From contig CM041465.1 in assembly GCA_023213395.1 (NCBI GenBank), positions 134,671,741-134,735,740 on the forward strand: DNA of 64,000 bases, written 5' to 3'. The stretch comes from Cycas panzhihuaensis. Taxonomy: Eukaryota; Plantae; Cycadophyta. Position numbers and translations under genes: made by a program. This document shows, one piece after another, positions 1 to 13,200 of this stretch. How positions within the stretch are numbered: position 1 is the first letter of the stretch; every line of letters begins with the position of its first letter. The notes beneath the pieces were generated by a model, which was given only the letters and a program-made list of their open reading frames with translations, searched no databases and was not told where the DNA came from.

Positions 1-283
1 ACAAATTTTTGTAATATAAATCTAATTTTAGACCTTTTCAACCATAGATTTACTATGTTTAAAACTTTTAACAACATGAAATCTATTTATATTTTTTAAC
101 CATGAAATTTTCTCACATAAAATATTTGTTATAATTTATTCCACTATTAATTAATAAATAACTCTAATTAACTAAGATTTATTGTGGATGCATGATGAAG
201 CGGCAAAAAAACACACAATTAACGATCCATAAATGTTGTCCATAATAATCTCCATGATAGATTTACTATTTTGGAGGGTTTTC

Positions 284-667
284 TAATTTGCCATTGAATG
301 TGCAATTGTGGAATATGTAGTCTTAGAGAACGTTACCTGTTAAACAAGGATTGTGGAAGAGATGAAAGTGTGTATTCTCTTCTATTATCTTAGAAATCTA
401 ACTTACATTCACAAAAATACACACTCATTGATGATCGCTAACGAACACTGATGTTCATGGATGATTATTACAATGAAGGGCCCTTCTCATTTATACTGAG
501 GGCTTAATAACCACTACAAAAACTCCCTTCTAACTACCAAACCAATAGGTTACTTAATTTTCTAACTGACTGACTAATTATTTAACTTAAATGTACTTTA
601 CATGAGTACAATAATATACACATAATATTACATGATGCCAAAATATAATGATGAGTAATACTCATCA
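284..667 (-). repeat. 3' LTR of element A
   Basis: Aligns by eye with 9033-9418; ends ...ACTCATCA; degenerate PPT region adjacent at 668-705. Confidence 0.88.
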
Positions 668-3448
668 TTTGTCCCTGTTAAAGAGGAAATTGTCCCCAAT
701 TTCTTAATCCTCTATTGATAGGTAGGAAGTAATCTGCAATGGTTGGGGCGGGCCATGTCTTCTTCTTGTTTACCAAGGCATGAGATGATGCTGGATGAGA
801 TCATTTGGTACCAAGAAGTGTTGTTGATAGGGTCGAGTAAACTTGTTTGACAATCTTCAATTGCATTCTGGACTTCTCACTGGTAGTCGTCAAGTGAAAT
901 GCCTTTGTAGGTGTGTGTCCAATGGACATTGAAGAATCATCACAAGGAGTAGGGTTTAACTGATTGTATCCTTCCTCAATGTGGCATCCATTTGGCACAA
1001 TGTGGCGCTATGTTGCTTATGCTAGGTGCGAACCTATTAGAAGTGCACTCATTGACAAGGTATGAAAATGATCTATCTGCTCTTGGATATATCTCTCCAT
1101 CAATGAGGAATCTCCTTGCTCAAGTGGCAAAATTGTCTGAAGAAACTTTTGTATCTATGGGGTGCCTAGTGTAGACATTGGCCTCACAAATAGATTGGTG
1201 CCTTCTCGAATAACACTGGTGAGTCTAGCAACTTGTGTACCCATCCTTGAAGTAATTGGAAAGGATGAAGAGCGAAGTATGTAAAGTGTTGTTGTCTTTT
1301 TGTAAATGATATACATTAGTGTGCCTATAATATACTGCCTTTTTATTATATTGATAGGGTCTCCTTAGAAGTATTTTCACAGCAATCCATGGGAGCTACA
1401 TCACGAGTGACTGTGCCTAAATAAGGATTTATTGCAAATGTTATGTGATAGACTCCATCAACGTTTGTGTGTGGTGCTCTCCTTTGCTGGTGAACCCATT
1501 TGAGTGTATAGGGATTGGGATGTGGCTCCGTAGGAAGGTTGAGTTCCGTAACAAGTTTTTTTGATACCAAAATTTTCTTACTTCCATTGTCAATAATGCA
1601 TAGTATACAATCTTTACTTTGGCAATTTTAGGTAAGCAATGCTTCTCTATCTTAAGCATCATAGTCTTTTGTCATTGAGACTAGATCGGGATCTATTGTT
1701 GTTGGATTTGTAACAATTATCTTGTTTGACATGCTAGCTTCTTTGTTCGGTGTGTCGTTTCCTTCTTCAACTACCAAGGTCTTTGCTTTAGCTTTGTATT
1801 GCTTGTTGTGCTTTCAACATTCTTCATTGGAATGGTTGCAGGACTTATGCAGTGTGTAGTACTTTCCCTTCTCAGCTATTGAAGTTTTGTTTCATCATTT
1901 TCCTTTGTTTGATTAAAAGGTTGCTTGTGTTGAACTGGTGGACGTTGCTACTGTGGAGATGCTTTCCTTTGCATCTTGCTTTCCATCTTGAGAGCATAGT
2001 AAAAGGCTTGGTCCAATGAAGGAATATTGAGCAACTCCATTTCCCTTTGTAAATATGGAGATAGTCCTACTAGAAACTTCAATTTGAATATGTTTCTCCA
2101 TCAATTACTTTGAGCATAATGGATAATTTGTGAAAAGTGTCAATATACTGTTGTATAGATTGTTTGGGTTGTTGATGAATGTGCAACCACTTCTTCATCT
2201 GATTATCCTTATATCCAAGTGGATAGAATCTATTTATGAGAGTTGACTTAAAGTCATTCTAGTGGGTCATGGCTTGTCTCTGGTGTGCAAGCAGATTTCT
2301 TGTATGGGTTTGCCACCATGCTAGTGTTTGATTAGTCATGTATATCTCTGCCACATGCATCTTCTGTGCATCAGTGAGATTGTGGCACTTAAAATATACC
2401 TCAAGGGTTTGAAACCATCCATCTAAAGTCTCGATATTGATGGAAACGTCAAACTTAGGAATGGAGATTTTCATATCCAACTGGAACTATGGTTGTTGGG
2501 TGGGAGTTGGAGCTTGTTGAGCTTGTAAGAGTTGTGTTTGTTGTGCCATCATTTGTTGCAACATTGTCATCATATTCTGCATCATTTGGGCTTTAGCATT
2601 TGCTTGTCATTGTAGGATTTCCATCAATTGGGTGAAAGGTAATGAAGGCTCTTTTGATCTTTGCTCAGTGTCCTCTACCATTTCTTCCTCGAAACAAGTT
2701 TGTTTACCTCCGCGAGGCATGATGGGCTTAACAAACAATTGACTATAATAAATATGAAAAAATGTCTTTTGTTATGAGGTATGCTTGCTGTGTGGGTTCA
2801 TAACTATATGCTTGTAATACAATATGAAAATGTGCTCCCCCCCTAGCCTTTTTTCTTTTAATGACAAGTAGATTTGCAACTTTTAAACAATAAGAAAATA
2901 TTTTAAAAATGATGACGAACATTGGAAGAAGTCTTTTTGTCTAGGATTGTATGGGTCTATACGGTCGTATGAGCGCACAGAAAAAACCACAGCTAAAAAA
3001 GTAAAAATTGAAGTTGGGCTCAGATTCAAGATTTTTTTAGTGCCTATCTAGATCTGCAATCAATTTTTTAATTGGAGCTCTAGTTTGAGAGAAATCTGAC
3101 TTGGAATAGTGTGTGGTGGCTAGGATTCAAATTTGGTTTTTGCCCGTATTTAAAAAATCATGAAATTAAATGCAACGAATTTATACTTGAAAGATAGTTC
3201 GAGTCAAAAGGAAGAGATTAAGATCAATTTCGAAGAAAATGACTAATAAATCAGAGAAAAATCTGCAGTTGAAGCCTCAGACCTGCACCTTTGCTTTTTG
3301 TGTTTTTCGGCTTTTAGAGTGAAAATTTGATGACGCTCCTTTGGGACAGAATAATGTTCATACAATGAAGCACCTACTGTTAAAACCTTGTTGAAATCCG
3401 AGCACTTTTTTTTTTCACTTGTCTGTACAAGCCTGTAGAGTTGGTGGT

Positions 3449-4315
3449 TGTTGGCGTTAAAATTGACTCAATGGCTGTATTGACCAAAGGGAGGCAAGTA
3501 CGGACCACGTGGAGTGCATACGAGGCGCAGTTGAAAAAACCGGCGTGCAGTGCGTATGGCAGTACGCATTGAACGGCATGCGTACCACGAATACGCGATG
3601 GCGAGCGATGCGCGCACGCACGACGGGGCGATGGAAGCACGGGAAGCCGCCGACGCACGTCTGGACCTAATGAAGACATTAGTTAAAGTGCATAACTAAT
3701 GATTAAAGTGAAAGGGTACCTTGGTGACAAAAGGTATGGTTATGACTTTGGGTCATAACCTTTCACCCAAAAGGCATCAAAGGGACATATTTAATGGTGC
3801 TTTGAGGACCATTCCAAAGGTGAGAGCCGAGTTATTCATTCCTATGTCATGTGCTCGAGGGTGAGAGCCGAGTGAGTCAATCATATTGTATACTCTCGAG
3901 GGTGAGAGCCGGATATCACTGCACGCAAGAGTACAGGAGGCAAGACGCATGATGACCGATCGGAGCATGGATATGTGATAAGTACCATCCGGTACGCATA
4001 TGTACAAAAGGATCAGATGTCTTTGGAATGCTCAAGAATGCATTCTAGCCCTTGTGTAATTGAACTGTTGAATTAATAAAAGAAAGAGTTACATGGAAAT
4101 TGGTGTATTCTTGGTGTGTAATGATGATTTGCTGAAGTATGTATTGATTTTTGTACTGCTGTGTACCATTCTGTGGATTTTATATGGAATGTATGTGGAA
4201 TGTATATGAATAACCACGTTGACAGTGTCCTAAAACTAGACTATAGCGCTGTGTAACCTTGACAAGTGAGCAAAGGGTATCTCGTAAGTGTAACAAGATA
4301 CCCCAGCAGTCAACA
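3449..4315 (+). repeat. 5' LTR of element B (867 bp)
   Basis: Near-identical to 8084-8947 outside GC-rich patches; internal GTGAGAGCCG repeats; hairpin GGTTATGAC-N5-GTCATAACC at 3738-3760. Confidence 0.95.
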
Positions 4316-4316
4316 T

Positions 4317-4329
4317 TGGTTCCGTTGCC
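4317..4329 (+). promoter_or_regulatory. Primer-binding site TGGTTCCGTTGCC (tRNA-Glu type)
   Basis: Separated from the LTR end by one base; complementary to ...GGCAACGGAA-CCA, the 3' end of plant cytosolic tRNA-Glu as I recall it. Confidence 0.7.
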
Positions 4330-5131
4330 TACGTCCATTGAGGAGGGACAGGGCCTAGGGGTCTCAAAAGGAAAAAGAATGTGTAAAGGGCAGAGGACCA
4401 CAGGCGCCGGCGTGATGGCGGTCAGAACTAAGCCACCGGCGGGGACCTTCCAATGCCACCTAAAAGGCCTTCAAGGTCGGAAGAGCCCCGAAGGATACTT
4501 CACCTAAGGAAAAGGAGGCAGTAGACAAAGGGCACCGAGATGGTCAAAAGAAGCAAAACTCGGAAAGGGCGAGGAGGTTAAGTTCGCAAAACAACGAGAC
4601 TAAGGGACGGTCCGTTGAAGGATCCGAGGCAAGTGGAGCCCAGACACCTCGGGAAGAGGAAATCAATGGCGAACGCATGGTATTGACACCACCCCAATCG
4701 AGATGATTTATTTAGCTTGGGAGATTGAAGGAAGCCATCGGTGGATGAAAAGCATAAAGAAATCTTAACAGAGGAAGTATACGGTGGAGGACAGCAGAAG
4801 GACCTAGGTGACATGATAAGAAGGCGGAGGAAGGTCCCTCGGCATATTGGGAAAATAAGCTAACGAGGCAATTTGTTTGAAGATTCGACGGAAAGGATCG
4901 GATCAATCTTACATTACGGTAACACCATTAACGATACAAGTTCCGGTGTAGTGGAACCAATACACATAAAAACTCCATTCAAAAATCCGTTATTTGGGAA
5001 AGATAGTGCAGGTAGTTACTCCCATGCATCCCCAAAGGACGAAGGAGGGAAAGATCACCATCGGTGGGGAAAGTTGCAATCTCCCAAAATGGACGATTCT
5101 GAGACTTTGGGAAACTAACCTTCAATGATAC

Positions 5132-7556
5132 TTGAGACGCAGCGAGCATGTGTATTTGTTTCAAAACCTTATTGCTGTCACAAAGATTACGGATGAAGCT
5201 GAAATCAAAGCACGCTTCGCTTGTACACTGAGAGGAGTACCCTTGGCTTGGTACAAGGAAATAAACAAAAATGAGCCATGGGGGAAGATTAAGAAAGCAT
5301 TTGAGGAGAGATTTCAAAAGTTTCGGAGTAATGAAGCGGTGGAAATCGCATTGCGAGAAATCAGGCAGAGGCCGGGGGAATCCGTCCTAACTTACATTAG
5401 CCGAATGAAGATTATTGCAGCAAGTATGATCAACGAGACGATCACGGATCATAACATGAAGAATTATTTCGTGAGATGGCTGAATGAGAAGTTGCGAGCT
5501 ATGATGCATGCTCATCCGCTAAAGTCATTCAAGAATGCCCAGGATCTGGCATTAGATTTCGAGATGGAAATGGATGCCCAAGCAGGAGGACAAGATTCCT
5601 TGCTATTAAGATTGCAAGATGAGATCAGAGAGCTGAAACAGAATCAGTACAATCGACCCTTCTGCTAGGTAGGGGTAGCAGAAGAGGAATCAGAATTGGA
5701 GACACTGAGGAAAGAAGTAGCCCGATTGAAAATCAGAAATAATCGGGAAGAAGAAGAGACATCAAAGAAGAAAGAGCACACTGGAAGGGTGACTAAGTGG
5801 TGCCATATTTGTGAAGAAAACTCACATACCACCCGGGAATGTGAGTTGAATTTAAAAAACAGTGTGACGCACCAACAAGAGAAGTGGTGCCACATATGTG
5901 AGGTGGATACCCACACAACTAGGGATTGTTTCTACAATTCGAGGGGAAAAGCATTCAGAGGTCGAGGTCGGGAAGAGGCAACCCACCTCGGGCGTGTATA
6001 GCAGGCGCACTGAGCCGTCGAGGAAGAAAGCGGCCGATGGGGAGATGCCTCATGCGCCTCTGATTCGGACCTTTGGAGTTCGAATGTCCGATGAAGTTAG
6101 AATACGAACAAAAGCCGTTCGTATGGTAGCTGTGTTAGCGACCACAAAGCGAAGATTGCAAGGGTAAAGCAAAGGCAACTAATCTAATGACGATTGTGCG
6201 AGAAGCGAAGAATGTGAAATTACAAAATAAGCAGAAGAGAAAGTGGATGAAGGATATCCAAACCCCCAAGAAATGGATCGGTATAAACAAAGCGAAACAA
6301 GTGTTGGATGGGTTAGTTCGGGATGAAAATATACTACCAATGGGTAAACCGAAACAAAAATGTTTATGTGCGGAAAAACAAACAAAAGAGCCGGAAAAAT
6401 CACGGAAAGAATCGTGGTAAAACCCCAAATGGTGCAAATGGAGGAGTTGTTTAAAGGATTACTAGCCGAAGAGATTCCCAGAATGTTGTTATTGATGGAG
6501 AATCTAGTGAAGCAGTTGCAGTTAACTATTCCTCTGTCTCAGGTTATTGATTGGATTAAAGGAGGAGTGTTACAGAAAGGAGTTACCAAAAGTTGGAAGC
6601 AAATCATACCATCATTCGACATGGATCTGATGGTAACCATGTCAGTTTTGGGAGAAAAGTTTCCGAGAGTGATCGTTGATGGGGGAGCATCTGTGAATGT
6701 ACTGCCCACCTCGACATGGCGGAAGTTGGGGAGTCCAAAGTTGGAAGCGGCAACCTATTCGTTAAAACTAGCCAATGAATTGTTGGTGCGACCTGTGGGA
6801 AAACTGGCCAACATCAAGGTGGATGTGGCAGGAATTGTCGTAAAGATCGATTTTACGATTGTGGAAATGGAGAAAGGTGCAACTCCTTATCCAGCTTTAT
6901 TGGGGAGACCATGGCTATACAAAACCCAATGTCTCCAAAGTTGGAAGAACGTAACCTTCACCTTGTCAGATGAAGAGAATAAAGTAGTATTACCAATGTT
7001 GGGGAAGAACTCCATTGAGGTGATACCTGACAACGGATCAAGTACAACCGTTGTAAGGGAAGCAACAACTTCTTCATGTGACAAAGAAAACCTCTATCAT
7101 CTTCGGAGAAGCCTACAACATCGACCCATTACGGAAGAAGAACCGTCCTATTTTGGAGAACTTTACGATTCTTCAGATGATGAAAACGAGATGAGATTTG
7201 TGGATTATTGGCTACGGGACGATTATGAAGTCAACCCCTCATCCTATAGATGTAACCTACTTTCTCGGAATGTGACCGAAATAGTTGCCACTCCAGAAGA
7301 TAGAAATCATGGAGAATATGTTGGAGATTATGTGAAGCCCTTTTATGGAGAACCACTATGTGGAATTTCCCATTCGAGACATTGTAGAGAACATTGGTTA
7401 GGAGAAGACCAATTAAGGGATCATAAGAAGAAATCGACAAAGCATACCACATCGAGGAAAAGGCGAGGAAAAGGACAAGGCATGACCGCCACGACAAGAC
7501 ATCGCATTTCAAGAAGGGTGATCGAGTATGGCGATTCGACAACAAATCCCAAATAA
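5132..7556 (+). pseudogene. gag-protease region of element B (frameshifted as assembled)
   Basis: ORFs 5132-5668 (retrotransposon gag), 5696-6001 (two CX2CX4HX4C knuckles) and 6360-7556 (aspartic protease VDGGAS plus acidic tail). Confidence 0.85.
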
Positions 7557-8083
7557 CCCAAGGAGAATTGAAGATGCATTGGAAAGGCCCATATAGGATT
7601 GAGAAGGTGTCTAGGAGCGGCACTATCGATTGAAGAAACTATCGGGCCGCCTACTACGAAATGGTCAAGGGTAGTAAACGAAACCCTATATCAACTAGGG
7701 TGGAGCAACTTACCAGCCGAATCAGTTGGTTGTACCATAGCGTGTTGCATGAAGTTGAGGCAAAATCAAATTGCCTTGATACCGGAACGTGATTGATTCG
7801 GTATGTAACATAAAATACAAAAAATTAAAAAGCAGGAAAAACAACCGTAACTCATATCATAAGCAATATGGTGAAGCATGGCGGACAGATATATCATCAT
7901 ACTCAAAATCGACGGAAATTTGAACCAAACAAAGCGCCAATAGATGAGGCTTTACTAACCAAGAATGGTGACCAAGCGTGAGCGAGGCGTGAGGAGCGAC
8001 CTTAGAACAGAGGGAGGAATACCCCAAATTTTGAATTTTTGTTGAGCAAGGATGCTCAACCCAATCATGTTGACCGGGATAGA

Positions 8084-8947
8084 TGTTGGCGTTAAAATTG
8101 ACTCAATGGTCGTATTGACCAAAGGGAGGCAAGTACGGACCACGCGAGGTACGAGAGTAAAGCAGTGAAAAAAACCGGCGATGCAGGTGCGTATGGCAGT
8201 GCGTGCACGCGAGTGCGTACCACGAGATCGTGCCGTGGCGGAATGGCGATGCACGCGGCGGTCTGACGGGGCGGTGGAAGCACAGGAAGGCCGGGACGAC
8301 GGACCTAATGAAGACATTAGTTAAAGTGCATAACTAATGATTAAAGTGAAAGGGTACCTTGGTGACAAAAGGTATGGTTATGACTTTGGGTCATAACCTT
8401 TCACCCAAAAGGCATCAAAGGGACATATTTAATGGTGCTTTGAGGACCATTCGATTGAGAGCCGAGTTATTCATTCCTATGTCATGTGCTCGAGGGTGAG
8501 AGCCGAGTGAGTCAATCATATTGTATACTCGAGGGTGAGAGCCGGATATCACAGATGCATAAAGAAATGAGGAGGCGATGCATGATAGCCGATCGAGCAT
8601 GGATATGTGATAAGTACCATCACAGTGCATATGTACAAAAGGATCGTATCTTCTTTGGAATGCTCAAGAATGCATTCCAGCCCTTGTGTAATTGAACTGT
8701 TGAATTAATAAAAGAAAGAGTTACGTGGAAATTGGTGTATTCTTGGTGTGTAATGATGATTTGCTGAAGTATGTATTGATTTTTGTACTGCTGTGTACCA
8801 TTCTGTGGATTTTATATGGAATGTATGTGGAATGTATATGAATAACCATGTTGACAGTGTCCTAAAACTAGACTATAGCGCTGTGTAACCTTGACAAGTG
8901 AGCAAAGGGTATCTCGTAAGTGTAACAAGATACCCCAGCAGTCAACA
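8084..8947 (+). repeat. 3' LTR of element B (864 bp)
   Basis: Direct repeat of 3449-4315; preceded by hairpin GTTGAGCA-AGGA-TGCTCAAC (8041-8060) and PPT. Confidence 0.95.
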
Positions 8948-9032
8948 GTGGTATGGCTCTCTGTACACCTCCCACAAGCCTCAAAAGTTCAAAATTAATG
9001 TCGCCTCAGGAAAATAGCCTTTGATACCAAAT

Positions 9033-9418
9033 TGATATGCCATTGAATATGCAATCGTGGAAAATGCAGTCTCAAAGAATGTTACCCATTAGATAGGGCT
9101 TGTTGAAGAGGTGATAGTGTGAATTCTCTTCTATTATCTTAGAAATTTGGCTTACATTCACGAAAATACACACTCATTGATGATCATTAATGAACATTGA
9201 TGTTCATGGATGATTATTACAATGAAGCGGCCTCTCATTTATATTAAGGGCTTAGTAACCACTACAAAAAACTACCTTCCAACTACCTAGCTAACAGATT
9301 ACTTAACTTTCTAACTAACTGACTAATTATTTTACTTAAATGTACTTGACATATGAGTACAATAATATACACATAATATTACATAATGTCAAAACATAAT
9401 GTTGAGTAATACTCATCA
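9033..9418 (-). repeat. 5' LTR of element A
   Basis: TG...CA termini; PBS adjacent at 9017-9029. Confidence 0.9.
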
Positions 9419-10224
9419 CTTTCATTCGTAGAAAAGATATGTTTTAGCCACATAAATAAATTTCCAACCATAGATTTTAACTTTCATCTATATATTTTCT
9501 CATAACAGAATTAACTAATCCTTTGTTCTTTTGGGTTTTCTACAATTTTTAGTCCATACCAAGGATGTGCAGCTTGGATGAGGGCCATATAACTCTAATT
9601 GATCCTTATTACCTTTAATATAGGTTGTATGGTCCTTAATAAGGGTTGTGCAACTTGTTACTATGTCCATAGGCCCTATGGTCTATAACAATTATTGTAT
9701 GGCCTATAGTAAGTTCATACAACCTATAGTTGTATAGTACCTTCATGCTACCATACTTCTATGTGTAGGTTGCACAATTGTATACATACCATATGGCTAC
9801 ACTCTCTTTAAAATTTTCAAACAATAAAATAAAATAAAAAATTACTTTATTTTGACAATTTGGGGTACTTACCTCTCTACCTCTTCATTATTGTACATGC
9901 ATGGCCATCGTTTAAGAATTTTTATGGATGTTTGTGGCCTTTTTACGTGGCTTGCGAATATTCCACTTGTTGGTAGAACTGTGCTTTACATTGCCATCTT
10001 TGCATCTTCCACCTATCAAGGATTTGGAAGAACAATACCCTCCTAATTCATGCTTGTTTTTATAATATAATGATTCACTTCCACAAGAAGAGTGTGAGAA
10101 GAATTTGCTTCAATGCTTGTGCACGATATCTTATCCCCCCTATAGTGAGATAACTTCCCCCTTAATCAAAGTATGTGAGAAGATTCCTTTTCAATAATTG
10201 TGCAACATAACTCTAAGCCTTAAC

Positions 10225-13200
10225 TATGAAGAAATATGAAACATGCATGTATTTTGAACTACAGGATCTTGATCATACACAACAAGCAACAATAAACATC
10301 AGTAGTACACAGGGCACAAGATTTACATGGGAAACCCTTTCAGGAAAAAACCCACACAGGAAAAATGGTTGACTACATTTATTCTAATCTTGATTGATAC
10401 ATTCTTCTTGATATGGGTGGACCCATATTACAAATACCACCTAGGGGTTTATATAACACTCTGAACGGTGCATTAACCAATAGTTGCAACTCTCGGTATT
10501 CATGCCCTTTGGCTTGACATTAATTAATCACCACTTAGCATTAACCATAAGCAATTAACCTTAACTGCCGCTCTAACATCCCCCCTTAATACAAAAGTGG
10601 GGATTCAATCTATAGTTTGAAATCTCTGGGAAAGGTTAGAATTATCCTTGATGTCTTGTCTGCATCTGACATATCCCCCCTCAAGGATAATTTTGTTAAG
10701 TTTCCAACTGACACAAATCAAGTATTGATGTACCTAATTTAGGTCGTGAATGAGTGTTATTTGATCTAGAGTCAATGACAATTTCGTTAGCCCGCAGTTG
10801 TAAACTTCGTCTGTTCAAGTCTTCTTCAGACCACTGCTATCAACAGTTAATATGCCTAGTTTTGGAAGGCACCCTGAATCCACTTCTTCTGTTACTTCTC
10901 TCCATGTCACACCTTTGCAAAAAGCTCTGCACTTATAGATGGGCTTAGCACTTTGCCTTGGAACTGTGCAAAGGCTGCCCAACAATGGCCTCTTCTGCAC
11001 ATCACACAATCCAGATATTGAATGGTTTCATGAAGGCTTGAGATATGAGTTTTGATTATGTTTTAATGGTCCACACCTTGCAAACACTCAAGGATAGTGC
11101 TCCAATGCTTCAAATGTGGCTTTTATGCTTCGTTTATGGCCTCCATGCTTCATGTTGACTTCAAATATTACATACGTGGCTTTGTGCTTTATATGTGTGG
11201 TCTCTGCCCTCTATACATAGCTTCACACTATCCAAATGCATAACACTGCCCTTCACATGCATCATAATCTTTTAAAAGGAATTTTCATGTTAATTCACTT
11301 GCCCACACAAGTTTAGGCAAATAGCAAGCATAACATTATCACTTGATCCGATACATGTTGAAAGCATCACACCACCCATAGTGGCTCACAAACGCACACA
11401 ACATGCTCCACCACAATACGTGTTCACATTCCAAACAAGCTCTAAACTAAGCTCTCATCAAGTAGGATCATCATATGATGTCTCCATGTTAGAACAAGGT
11501 TTCAATACAACTAACCTGCACACAGTTTCACCATAAAGTTTCACAATATCAGAGTGTTTTCCATGAGGCTTTGTGTAATGAACACAGCCTCCAAACAGGC
11601 AATAAACAAGCTTTGAATTGGTTTGCATGGCTTCCAACATGCTCAGAATCATCTCCACCCCTTGATGCTTTAGATCCATGTTTCTAACCAGTGATTAAAT
11701 CGCTCATGAATCCAGAATTTTTACTCCAACTTGCAATGGCTAACTCCAAAGAGATGTGGGTGCAACTTTTTAAGGTATATGTGACTTTTAAACACACGTG
11801 AAGATGAGCAATTAATAATTGTGATTATAATCTAAGGTTTGCAAGCTTGGAGAAGAATATGATCGTGATTATAAATCATTGCATCTCCAACAAATCACGA
11901 TGCACCACACTAATGTTCCCACTAGCATAAATGGAGCAACAACCTTCAAACGAGAGAATCAACTCCAAAACAAGCATCTAATGCCCATATACAACATAAT
12001 GCATCACCACACTACAAATACAAGCTGAAAATTTCCTCAAATGGATCTAATCACGCCCATGGAAGGTGCCAATAGCCTTTCTATTGTCTAAACACAAGAT
12101 CTGATGCCCATCGTGTCCAAATGACCTTTAAATGGAGCCCAATACTGTTAAATCACCTTCAAAATTGGCCCAATAGGCATACGGAGTGCCCAACACGCTT
12201 AACTAACCATAGATGGCTTCAACATGAGCTCAACATAGTCTAAATAGTGTGGCCAATATTAATTTTAGACCTCAAATAATGAGAAAACTTATTGGTAGGT
12301 GAAATCCACCTCCTCAATCACCATTGCACTGTTGTGCTACTCTTTTGGTTATCAGAGAAGGTTAAAAATTGATAGATCGGGGCTCTATCAATGTTACCAT
12401 GCAGCCTTTGATCTTATCATGCCCACCAAACCTTGCCTCAATTGTGTATTTCGTTTAGCTCTGATACCATGTGAAGAAACATGAAACATGCATGTATTTT
12501 GAGCTACACAATCTTGATCATACACAACAAGCAACAATAAAGAGCATCGGTATACAAGACACATGATTTACGTGGGAAACACTTTTAGGGAAAAACCCAT
12601 ATAGGAAAAAAGGTTGACTACATTTTTTTCAATCTTGATTAATACATTTTGCTTGATATGGGTTGACCCATATTACAAATGCCATCGAGGGGTTTATATA
12701 ACAACCTAAACAATGCATTAATCAATGGTTGCATAATTCGTTCTCGGATCTTTAATTTCATAATACTCTTTAAAATGCCTTGTTATATTTATTTTTCATG
12801 TTTGTAACCTTCATTTAGTAGAAAAATGCCATTGAGATGCTTAAAAAATGCAAAGCAGGTGCAACCAAGTGGTCTACAAGTGTAACCAAGTGGTCTATAA
12901 GTGCAACTAGTGCGTCCTGAAGTGCAACCTGAAAAACGGAAAACGGAAAAATGACAAAATAGATGCGATTTTGATGTGAAAAAAGGAGTCCGTTTTGCAC
13001 GAAATTTTAGGAGGACAAGTTTATACATGTCCTCTACACAATAGAAGAAAGAAAACCCTTGAATAAATCGGTTTAAGTTGGTTTTTCAACCGTTCAAAAG
13101 TAAGTTGAAAAACTAAAACGGAAAAAAATGTTTAGAAAGAAAATATGCATAGCAGGGTTTTAAAAACTGCTGGATTTCTTCAAGGAAGAGGAGGAAGGAC

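Larger units (their letters stand above)
3449..8947 (+). mobile_element. Element B: young non-chromovirus Ty3/Gypsy (Tat/Athila-like) LTR retrotransposon with gag-protease but no RT/RNase H/integrase core
   Basis: LTRs 3449-4315 and 8084-8947 (TGTTG...CAACA). Perfect 5-bp TSD GTGGT (3444-3448 / 8948-8952). PBS at 4317. Purine tract GACCGGGATAGA before the 3' LTR. Gag, CCHC knuckles and protease motif VIVDGGASVN..LLGRPW. Confidence 0.93.
284..9418 (-). mobile_element. Element A: non-autonomous Ty3/Gypsy (CRM-like) LTR retrotransposon, gag + protease only, ~3.6 kb net, interrupted by element B
   Basis: Diverged direct repeats 284-667 and 9033-9418. Met-type PBS (rc TGGTATCAAAGGC, 9017-9029). 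TSD TTTTC/CTTTC. Degenerate gag (MKISIPKFD..LDGWFQTLEVYF, 2259-2480) and CRM-type protease (..TEPHPNPYTLKWV..DVAPMD, 1346-1620). No RT/RNase H/integrase core in the ~680 bp left before the 3' LTR. Confidence 0.88.

Noticed and set aside
1-283. Degenerate CAACCATAGATTT repeats (also ~9460) suggestive of DNA-transposon subterminal repeats
   Set aside because: No TIR, TSD or transposase visible
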